Part shown: positions 18,487-25,896 of the stretch, piece after piece
How the letters are laid out: every line of letters starts with the position of its first letter
Position numbering within the stretch: the stretch's first letter is position 1
DNA from: Candidatus Saccharimonadota bacterium
GTDB taxonomy: Bacteria; Bacteroidota; Bacteroidia; Flavobacteriales; Blattabacteriaceae
Length of the DNA: 32,000 nt
Reading direction: 5' to 3'
Assembly (NCBI RefSeq): GCF_014252315.1
Contig: NZ_CP059216.1
Coordinates: 150,001 to 182,000 of the forward strand
The notes under the pieces: model-generated
What the model saw: only the letters and a program-made list of their open reading frames with translations
Told to the model about the DNA's origin: nothing
The model's database searches: none
Made by a program: the position numbers and the translations under genes

Positions 18487-18503
18487 CAAAATTAACAAAT
18501 ATA
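18487..18503 (-). promoter_or_regulatory. two adjacent candidate -7 boxes (TAATTTTG and TATATTTG) upstream of dapD
   Basis: The + strand reads caaaatta at 18487-18494 and caaatata at 18496-18503. Both match TAnnTTTG on the minus strand, 27-44 nt upstream of the dapD ATG at 18459. An (AT)n run follows at 18500-18511. Confidence 0.25.
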
Positions 18504-18535
18504 TATATATTGTAAAAAATAATTTTTTTGATAAT

Positions 18536-18951
18536 ATGGGAAAAATATTGGGATTAGATTATGGAAAAATTGTTTCTGGATTATCAATAACAGATGAAAA
18601 TAAAATATTTGCATTTGGGTTAGATTATGTTTTGACTAAAAATTTGATATACATTTTAAAATCAATAATTATTTGTGAAAAAATTGATGAATTGGTAGTT
18701 GGAATGCCTATAGATTTAAATAATAAAATTGAAATATTTTTAGAAAAAAGAATACAAAAATTTTTAAAATTATTTTATAAATTATATCCAAAAATACAAG
18801 TTAAAAGAGTAGATGAACGATTTACATCAAAAATATCTGAACAAACTATAATTTCTATGAATATGAATTTAAAAAAAAAATAAATAAAAAAATTTTAAAT
18901 AAAATTAGTGCTATTATTATATTACAATCTTACCTTAAAATTAAAAAATGA
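18536..18951 (+). pseudogene. ruvX: Holliday junction resolvase-like RuvX (YqgF), reading frame interrupted in an A10 tract; either a pseudogene or rescued by slippage
   Basis: The N-terminal GLDYGKIVSGLSITDE and DERFTS blocks lie in ORF 18536-18883 (115 aa, stop TAA 18881-18883). The conserved C-terminal KILNKISAIIILQSYLKIKK-stop (TGA 18949-18951) is in the frame reached by adding one A. One extra A would give 138 codons, the normal family length. Confidence 0.75.
18871..18880 (+). repeat. A10 homopolymer at the ruvX frameshift site
   Basis: Counted directly: aattt-aaaaaaaaaa-taaat, with the A run at 18871-18880. Confidence 0.95.
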
Positions 18952-18970
18952 AAATTAAATTTTTATTATT

Positions 18971-19471
18971 ATGATATTACCTATTATTTTTTATGAAAAT
19001 TCTATTTTAAGAAAAAAATGCGAAAATATAGATTTTTCTTATTCAAAAAAAGAAATCATACAATTAATAACTAATATGTTTGAAACTGTTAATAAAGCAA
19101 ATGGATTAGGATTATCTGCTCCTCAGATAGGAAAAAACATAAAAATATTCATATTAAATATACCATATGATAATAATAAAAATTATGAAGAAACATTTAT
19201 AAATGCAAAAATAATAAAAATTTTTGGGAAAGAATTTGAATTTAATGAAGGATGTCTTAGTATTCCTGGAATAAACGTTCCTATAAATAGAAAATCTAAT
19301 GTAATAATTGAATACTATAATCGTAATTTTAAAAAAAAGAAAAAATTTTTCGATGGAATATATGCAAGAGTTATATTACATGAATATGATCATTTAAATG
19401 GAAAACTACTTACAGATTATGTAAAAGACAAAAAACTTATAAAAAAAAAATTTAATTATAATCACGAGTAA
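18971..19471 (+). CDS. def: peptide deformylase
   Basis: 166 aa ORF with the three deformylase motifs GLGLSAPQIG, EGCLSIPG and HEYDHLNG. Its 3' end overlaps convergent rplT by 10 nt. Confidence 0.92.
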   Translation: MILPIIFYENSILRKKCENIDFSYSKKEIIQLITNMFETVNKANGLGLSAPQIGKNIKIFILNIPYDNNKNYEETFINAKIIKIFGKEFEFNEGCLSIPGINVPINRKSNVIIEYYNRNFKKKKKFFDGIYARVILHEYDHLNGKLLTDYVKDKKLIKKKFNYNHE

Positions 19472-19809
19472 ATATACTCTACTAATTTTTTTAAGTTAGT
19501 TGAATCATTTGTAGATATATCAGATAACACTTTTCTGTTAATTTTTATATTTTTTTTTAATAATTTATTTATAAAATCAGAATAAGATTTTCCATATATT
19601 CTAACACCAGCATTTATACGTCTTATCCATAAAGATCTAAAATCTCTTTTTCTTTTTTTTCTTCCTGAATATGAATAAAAAAGAGATTTTTCTACAGCAT
19701 TTTTTGCAACAGTATATATTCTATTTCTAGATCCATAAAAACCTTTAGCTAATTTAATAATTTTTTTTCTTCTTTTTCTGGATGAAACTGAATTAGTTGA
19801 TCTTGGCAT
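19462..19809 (-). CDS. rplT: 50S ribosomal protein L20
   Basis: 115 aa ORF with the MPRSTNSVSSRKRRKKIIKLAKGFYGSR N-terminus. It is the last gene of the infC-rpmI-rplT cluster. Confidence 0.95.
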   Translation of the reverse strand: MPRSTNSVSSRKRRKKIIKLAKGFYGSRNRIYTVAKNAVEKSLFYSYSGRKKRKRDFRSLWIRRINAGVRIYGKSYSDFINKLLKKNIKINRKVLSDISTNDSTNLKKLVEYIYS

Positions 19810-19815
19810 TAATAA

Positions 19816-20004
19816 TTATATTTGTCTATTTATATTACTTTTATCTGATTTTTTTATCAAATAGAATTTATTAATATGTCTTTTTCTTTTTTTTGATTTT
19901 TTTGTTAATAAATGACTTTTATATGAATGTCTTCTTTTTATATTTCCACTAGATGTTCTTCTAAATCTTTTTTTTGATCCTGATTTTGTTTTCAGTTTGG
20001 TCAT
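19816..20004 (-). CDS. rpmI: 50S ribosomal protein L35
   Basis: 62 aa, highly basic, [16 protein letters not shown]-terminus. It lies between infC and rplT. Confidence 0.93.
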   Translation of the reverse strand: MTKLKTKSGSKKRFRRTSSGNIKRRHSYKSHLLTKKSKKRKRHINKFYLIKKSDKSNINRQI

Positions 20005-20011
20005 AATAAAA

Positions 20012-20593
20012 TTAATTTATAAATTTTTTAGGAGCTATAATCATATACATTCTTTTCCCCTCCATAACTGGCATTTGTTCTACTTTTCCATATTTTTCAA
20101 TTTCTTCTGCAAATTTTAATAATTTAATTTTTCCTTGTTCTTTATAAACTATAGAACGTCCTTTAAAAAAAACAAATACTTTAACTTTATCTCCACGAAT
20201 TAAAAATTTTTCAGCACTTTTTACCTTTACTTTTCCATCATGATCTCCTATTTGAGGTCCAAATCTAATTTCCTTAGTATTTATTTTTGTTTGTTTTGCT
20301 TTAAATTGTTTTCTCTTCTTTTTTTGTTCATATAAATATTTCTTATAATCTAGAATTCTACAAACTGTAGGAGTTAATTTTGGATTAATTTCAACTAAAT
20401 CCAAATTTCTTTCTCTAGCAACAGAAATCATTTCTTTAGTATTATATATTCCACTTTTCATATTGGAATCTTCAACTAAACGGATCATATTAGATTTAAT
20501 ATTTTCATTAATTCTATGAATATCTCGTTTTTTTGATACTGCTCTATAGATTCTTCTTCTTTTGTTTCCTTTTGATAATTTCTTTTTTATAAT
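20012..20593 (-). CDS. infC: translation initiation factor IF-3, with a non-canonical (ATT/ATA) start upstream of the tracked ATG
   Basis: The tracked ORF (ATG at 20488) begins MIRLVEDSN, inside the conserved N-domain. The frame stays open upstream to a TAA at 20614-20612 and encodes [35 protein letters not shown], which contains the conserved HRIN block. The extension has no ATG, GTG or TTG. Candidate starts are ATT 20593-20591, ATA 20590-20588 and ATT 20611-20609. Confidence 0.85.
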   Translation of the reverse strand: MIKKKLSKGNKRRRIYRAVSKKRDIHRINENIKSNMIRLVEDSNMKSGIYNTKEMISVARERNLDLVEINPKLTPTVCRILDYKKYLYEQKKKRKQFKAKQTKINTKEIRFGPQIGDHDGKVKVKSAEKFLIRGDKVKVFVFFKGRSIVYKEQGKIKLLKFAEEIEKYGKVEQMPVMEGKRMYMIIAPKKFIN

Positions 20594-20603
20594 GTTTAAA
20601 GTT

Positions 20604-21839
20604 TTAAAAATTTATTTTATTCAAAATATTTTTTATACCATTAATATAAGAAAATTTTCCTATATGTCCTAACCCATGACGCCTTAATGATATTAAATCA
20701 CCTTTTTCCTCTTTTTCCCCTAGTATAACCATATAAGGTATTTTATTATTTTCAGAATCTCTAATCTTTTTACTAATTTTTTCATTTCTATTATCTATAA
20801 AAACTCTAATATCATTCTTTAACATTAAATTTAAAATTTTTTTTGCATAAACAATATATTTATTACTAATAGGAAGTATAACAACTTGATCAGGAACCAT
20901 CCATAATGGTAAATTACCTTTAGTATTCTCAATCATTATTGCTATTATTCTCTCCAAAGAACCAAAAGGAGCTCTATGAATCATAACAGGACGATGTATT
21001 TTATTATCTTTTCCTTTGTAATATAAATTAAATCTTTCAGGTAAATTATAATCTATTTGAATAGTTCCCAATTGCCAATTTCTATCTAGACAATCTTTTA
21101 CTAAAAAATCTAATTTTGGACCGTAAAAAGCTGCTTCCCCATAACTAATAGTAGATTCTATACATTCTTCTTTAACTAATTTTAATATTATATTTTCTGC
21201 ATTTTTCCAATTTTCTTTAGATCCTATGTAATTATTTATTTTTTTTGGATCTCTAAGAGATATTCTTACAGTATATTCTTTAAATCCTAAACATTTAAAT
21301 ACATAAAATACTAAGTTTATAACTTTTTTAAATTCATATAATAATTGATCATATGTACAAAAAATATGAGCATCATCTTGAGTAAAAGATCTTACTCTAG
21401 TTAATCCATGTAATTCTCCACTTTTTTCATATCTATATACCGTTCCAAATTCTGCAAAACGTTTAGGCAAATCACGATAAGACCATTCTTGAGATCTATA
21501 AATTTCACAATGATGAGGACAATTCATAGGTTTTAATAAAAATTCATCTTCCTCACAAGGAGTTTGTATTGGTCTAAAACTATTTTTTCCATATTTATTC
21601 CAATGTCCACTTTTAACATATAAATTTTTATTACCAATATGTGGTGTTATAACCATTTCATATCCATACTTTTTTTGTATTTTAATCAAAAATTTTTCTA
21701 AATTATCTCTAATAATAACCCCCTTAGGTAGCCATAATGGTAATCCATTACCTACTTCTTCAGAAAAAAGAAATAATTTTAATTTTTTTCCAATTTTTCT
21801 ATGATCTCTATTATGAAAAATAGATTTATTTTCAATCAT
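20604..21839 (-). CDS. thrS: threonine--tRNA ligase, catalytic plus anticodon-binding domains only (no TGS or editing domain)
   Basis: Class II core motifs are present: RDHRKIGKKL, KPMNCPHH, FTQDDAHIF and MIHRAPFGSLER, followed by a C-terminal anticodon-binding domain. I place the start at ATG 21839 (MIENKSIFHNRDHRK). The tracked upstream 34 codons overlap the glpF 3' end in another frame and look non-homologous. Confidence 0.88.
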   Translation of the reverse strand: MIENKSIFHNRDHRKIGKKLKLFLFSEEVGNGLPLWLPKGVIIRDNLEKFLIKIQKKYGYEMVITPHIGNKNLYVKSGHWNKYGKNSFRPIQTPCEEDEFLLKPMNCPHHCEIYRSQEWSYRDLPKRFAEFGTVYRYEKSGELHGLTRVRSFTQDDAHIFCTYDQLLYEFKKVINLVFYVFKCLGFKEYTVRISLRDPKKINNYIGSKENWKNAENIILKLVKEECIESTISYGEAAFYGPKLDFLVKDCLDRNWQLGTIQIDYNLPERFNLYYKGKDNKIHRPVMIHRAPFGSLERIIAIMIENTKGNLPLWMVPDQVVILPISNKYIVYAKKILNLMLKNDIRVFIDNRNEKISKKIRDSENNKIPYMVILGEKEEKGDLISLRRHGLGHIGKFSYINGIKNILNKINF

Positions 21840-21859
21840 ATATTTATATAAAATATTTT

Positions 21860-22609
21860 TTATGTTAAAAACAAATATAATATAGATGCCATTATACATC
21901 CTATAATAGGTCCTATTATAGGAACAAAAGCATATCCCCAATCACTATTTCCTTTACCTCCAGAAATAGGTATTATAGAATGAATTATTCTAGGACCTAG
22001 ATCTCTAGTAGGATTTATAGCTGGACCTGTAGCTCCTCCTAATGATAATATAATTCCTAATATTAATAAAGAAGATGGTAAATAACCTAAGGCACCTAAT
22101 CCTACAGGAATTTTTTTTTCTTCTCTAAGAAAAATACTTCCTTCAGAAGTAAGAAATAATGAAATGAAAATAAATACAAATGTAGATAAAACTTCACTGA
22201 AAAAATTAGAAAATAAATTTTTTATAGCAGGTATTGTAACAAAAACAGATAATTTATCTTTTTCACTTTTGGTATTTAAAAAATAATCTTTATACAAAAT
22301 CCATACTATAAAAGATCCTAACATTGACCCTATTAATTGAGACAATATATAAAATGGAACTAAGTTCCATGTAATTTTACCAATTATAGCATAACTTATT
22401 GTAACACATGGATTTAAGTGTGCTCCACTATATGGAGCAGATACTACAATTCCCATAAAAACAGCTAGAGCCCATCCTATTGTTATAGTCAACCATTCTC
22501 CATTTTTTTCATTTCCTTTAGTTTTTGATAAAACAACATTAGCTACTACTCCATTTCCTAGAAGTACTAATATTGTTGTTCCTATTATTTCTGCATATAT
22601 TGCTTTCAT
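21860..22609 (-). CDS. glpF: MIP-family glycerol uptake facilitator (aquaglyceroporin) with variant NPA boxes
   Basis: 249 aa ORF with SGAHLNPCVT (first box) and GPAINPTRDLGPR (second box). GlpF-like flanks include Trp46 and the Arg after the second box. It is adjacent to glpK. Confidence 0.88.
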   Translation of the reverse strand: MKAIYAEIIGTTILVLLGNGVVANVVLSKTKGNEKNGEWLTITIGWALAVFMGIVVSAPYSGAHLNPCVTISYAIIGKITWNLVPFYILSQLIGSMLGSFIVWILYKDYFLNTKSEKDKLSVFVTIPAIKNLFSNFFSEVLSTFVFIFISLFLTSEGSIFLREEKKIPVGLGALGYLPSSLLILGIILSLGGATGPAINPTRDLGPRIIHSIIPISGGKGNSDWGYAFVPIIGPIIGCIMASILYLFLT

Positions 22610-22624
22610 AATTAAATATATTTA

Positions 22625-24118
22625 TTATTGTATAGACCAATAACGAGTTGTTTTAATTGCTTTTTTCCATCCTTCAATTATTTCTAATCTTCCAGACATT
22701 TTTCTAGGATTAAATATTATTTTTTTCATTTTCCATTTATTTTTAATATCATCTAAGCTACTCCAATAATTAACAGCTAATCCAGCTAAATAGGCTGCAC
22801 CAGCAGCTGTTAATTCAGATATTTTATATTTTACTACACCTACATTAAGTATATCTGATTGAAATTGCATTAATAATTTATTTACAGTTGCTCCTCCATC
22901 AACACGAAGCTCTTTAATAGAAATTCCAGAATCTGCTTCCATAGCTTTTAAAATATCCATATTTTGAAATGCTATACTTTCTAATGCTGCACGAACAAAA
23001 TGTGCATATGAAGTTCCTCTTGTTATTCCAACAATAATACCTCTTGCTTTTTGGTCCCAATAAGGAGCTCCTAATCCAGAAAAAGCAGGAACAATATATA
23101 ATCCTTCGGTATTATTTACTAACGATGCTAATTTTTCTGATTCATTAGAAGATGATAAAATACCTAATCCATCCCTAAGCCATTGTACTACTGCTCCAGC
23201 AATAAATACACTACCTTCCAAAGCATATTGAACTTGATTTTTAATTTTCCATGCTATAGTTGTAATTAAATTATTTTGAGAAAAAACTGGATTATCTCCT
23301 ACATTCATTAACATAAAACATCCTGTTCCATAAGTATTTTTAACCATTCCAATTTTAGTACACATTTGTCCAAATAATGATGCTTGTTGATCTCCAGCTA
23401 TTCCAGAAATAGGTATTCTATAAGAAAGAATATTTCCTGTAGTATATCCAAATATTTCGCTAGATGATTTTACTTCCGGTAAAATATTTAATGGAATTTT
23501 AAATAAATCAATTAATTCATTATCCCAATTTAAAGTATTAATGTTAAATAACATAGTTCTAGAAGCGTTAGTTACATCTGTAACATGAATTTTTCTTCCC
23601 GTTAAATTCCATATTAACCATGAATCTATTGTACCAAAAGCTAATGATCCTGAGTATGCTTTTTTTCTTGCTTCTGGAATATTATCCAATATCCATTTTA
23701 TTTTAGTTGCAGAAAAATATGGATCTATTATTAATCCTGTTTTTTTTTTAATCATTTCAGTTAATCCTTCCTTTTTAATTTGATCACAATACTTTGATGT
23801 CCTTCTATCTTGCCATACTATAGCATTGAAAATAGGTTTACCTGTATTTTTATCCCATATTACAGTAGTTTCTCTTTGATTTGTTATTCCTATTGATACA
23901 ATATTACTTCCATTCAAATTTGCCTTTAACATTGCTTCTAATGCAACAGAAGCTTGTGTAGACCATATTTCTTCTGCGTTATGCTCAACCCATCCAGGAT
24001 TAGGATATATCTGAGTAAATTCTTTTTGAGCTATGGAAATTATATTGCCAACATTATCAAATATAATAGCTCTAGAACTAGTGGTTCCTTGATCTAGGGA
24101 TAATACATATTTATTCAT
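22625..24118 (-). CDS. glpK: glycerol kinase
   Basis: 497 aa ORF with the [15 protein letters not shown]-terminus and FGGY-family blocks ([24 protein letters not shown]). Confidence 0.95.
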   Translation of the reverse strand: MNKYVLSLDQGTTSSRAIIFDNVGNIISIAQKEFTQIYPNPGWVEHNAEEIWSTQASVALEAMLKANLNGSNIVSIGITNQRETTVIWDKNTGKPIFNAIVWQDRRTSKYCDQIKKEGLTEMIKKKTGLIIDPYFSATKIKWILDNIPEARKKAYSGSLAFGTIDSWLIWNLTGRKIHVTDVTNASRTMLFNINTLNWDNELIDLFKIPLNILPEVKSSSEIFGYTTGNILSYRIPISGIAGDQQASLFGQMCTKIGMVKNTYGTGCFMLMNVGDNPVFSQNNLITTIAWKIKNQVQYALEGSVFIAGAVVQWLRDGLGILSSSNESEKLASLVNNTEGLYIVPAFSGLGAPYWDQKARGIIVGITRGTSYAHFVRAALESIAFQNMDILKAMEADSGISIKELRVDGGATVNKLLMQFQSDILNVGVVKYKISELTAAGAAYLAGLAVNYWSSLDDIKNKWKMKKIIFNPRKMSGRLEIIEGWKKAIKTTRYWSIQ

Positions 24119-24152
24119 ATATAAAGAAAATTACCACTTTATATTCTTATCT

Positions 24153-25760
24153 TTAATTATAAGATGATGGATAATAATATTTTATAGCTAATTTTTTAAA
24201 ATAATTTATCTGAGATTTTTCCCAATCTTTGTTTTTTGATAGTTCTTTAGCCATTATAGATGCAATTTTTGGAGCTATTTCTATTGCTTTTTTTGCATTT
24301 AAAAATAATAATCTAAATCTTCTTGCTAAAACATCTTCAACAGTTCTAGCCATTTCATAACGTACCATCCATATAACTTCAGCCTCAGTAAAACAAAAAT
24401 TACTGTTAGGAAATAATTTATTTCCTAAAATAGGATTTTCACATATCAATTTTTTTATATTATATTCATCTTCTCCATACTTTTTCCAATAAATATTATT
24501 TTTTTCTTTTTCATTATAATTGGATCCATGAATTTTTAAATTTTTTGTTATAGAAGGTTTTTTGTATAAATTACCTACAATAATAGCTTTATTAATAACA
24601 TCTTCAGCCATTTTTCTATATGTAGTCCATTTTCCTCCTATTATGTTAATTAATCCAGATTTACTAATTATAATTTTATGTGATCTAGATATATCTTTTG
24701 CTTTAGTATTAGTATTATTACTACCATATGGATAAAAAAGAGGACGAAGACCTGAAAAAGCACTTAATATATCACTTTTTTTAGGATTAAAAATAAAATA
24801 TTTTTTAAATGTTTTAAGTATAAAATTAATTTCATTTTCTAATGGAACTGGATCAAGAATTATTTTATTTAAAAAAGTATCAGTAGTTCCTACCAATACA
24901 TGATCATACCAAGGAACACAAAATAAAATTCTTCCATCAGAAGTTTTAGGAATTACTATAGAACTTTCACTGCTAAAAAAAGATCTATTTAAAACAATAT
25001 GAGTTCCTTGACTAGGTTTAATTGATAATGAACATTTATTTTCATCCATTTTATAAATAGATTCAGAAAAAATACCTGTAGCATTTATAACAACTTTAGA
25101 TCTAATAGAATACTCTATATTGTTTTCAACATCAAAAGCCAATACTCCTGATATTTTATTTTTTTCTTTTTTTAAATTTTTAACTTTAAAATAATTCAGT
25201 AAAATTCCTCCTTTTTTAACACAAGTTTGTGCCAAATTAATAGCTAATCGAGAATCATCAAATTGTCCATCATAATATATTATCCCTCCTTTTAAATTAT
25301 TAGGTTTTATTTCAGGTACTTTTTTTATGATATCATTTCTAGATAAAAATTTTGATTTTCCAAAACTTAATGATCCTGATAACCATTCATATAATTTTAA
25401 TCCAGTCCAATACAAAGCTCCTGTTTTCCAATTAAAAATTGGAATAATAAATTCTTTCTTTTTTACTAAATGAGGAGCATTTTTTAATAAAAATCCTCTT
25501 TCTTTTAAAGCTTCATAAACTAATTTTATATTTCCTTGAGATAAATACCTAATTCCTCCATGAATTAATTTAGTACTACGACTAGAAGTCCCTTTAGAAA
25601 AATCTGATTGTTCTAATAAAAGAGTTTTATATCCTCTAGATGAAGAATCTAAAGCTATTCCTATTCCAGTCGCTCCTCCTCCAATAACTATAACATCCCA
25701 AATGTTAATACTTTTTAAAATGCTTAAAAATTTCCCTCTATTCAAAAAATTTATCATCAT
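24153..25760 (-). CDS. glpD: FAD-dependent glycerol-3-phosphate dehydrogenase
   Basis: 535 aa ORF with the N-terminal dinucleotide fold DVIVIGGGATGIGIALD, SSRSTKLIHGGIRYL, and the C-terminal alpha-helical GlpD domain. Confidence 0.9.
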   Translation of the reverse strand: MMINFLNRGKFLSILKSINIWDVIVIGGGATGIGIALDSSSRGYKTLLLEQSDFSKGTSSRSTKLIHGGIRYLSQGNIKLVYEALKERGFLLKNAPHLVKKKEFIIPIFNWKTGALYWTGLKLYEWLSGSLSFGKSKFLSRNDIIKKVPEIKPNNLKGGIIYYDGQFDDSRLAINLAQTCVKKGGILLNYFKVKNLKKEKNKISGVLAFDVENNIEYSIRSKVVINATGIFSESIYKMDENKCSLSIKPSQGTHIVLNRSFFSSESSIVIPKTSDGRILFCVPWYDHVLVGTTDTFLNKIILDPVPLENEINFILKTFKKYFIFNPKKSDILSAFSGLRPLFYPYGSNNTNTKAKDISRSHKIIISKSGLINIIGGKWTTYRKMAEDVINKAIIVGNLYKKPSITKNLKIHGSNYNEKEKNNIYWKKYGEDEYNIKKLICENPILGNKLFPNSNFCFTEAEVIWMVRYEMARTVEDVLARRFRLLFLNAKKAIEIAPKIASIMAKELSKNKDWEKSQINYFKKLAIKYYYPSSYN

Positions 25761-25847
25761 ACTTTATAAAATGAAAAATTTAAGCTTAAATACCATAATT
25801 ATATTAGTAGTAATTTGTTTGTAGTTTATTAAAAAAAATTAAACGAA

Positions 25848-25855
25848 CAAAATTA
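25848..25855 (-). promoter_or_regulatory. candidate -7 promoter box TAATTTTG upstream of glpD
   Basis: The + strand reads caaaatta at 25848-25855, inside the 136-bp ffh-glpD spacer and about 87 nt upstream of the glpD ATG. No convincing -33 TTG is present. Confidence 0.2.
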
Positions 25856-25896
25856 AAAATATTTTTAATAAAATAAAATTTTAATTAAAAATTAAA

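Noticed and set aside
18884-18970. Apparent 87-bp intergenic spacer between ruvX and def as a regulatory region
   Set aside because: Most of it (to 18951) is the frameshifted C-terminal coding part of ruvX. The true spacer to def is about 19 nt.
21840-21941. Upstream extension of thrS (tracked ORF start at 21941), which would overlap glpF by 82 nt
   Set aside because: The extra 34 residues (MGICFCSYNRTYYRMYNGIYIIFVFNIKNILYKY) resemble no part of ThrRS and are simply the glpF 3' end read in another frame. The ATG at 21839 leaves a clean 20-nt spacer.
25761-25896. Possible small RNA or tRNA in the largest intergenic spacers (25761-25896, 8532-8653, 30124-30206)
   Set aside because: All three are almost pure A/T with no GC-containing stems. 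I could not fold a cloverleaf or a stable hairpin. The best stem, near 30176-30192 (tgg...cca), is only 3-4 bp.
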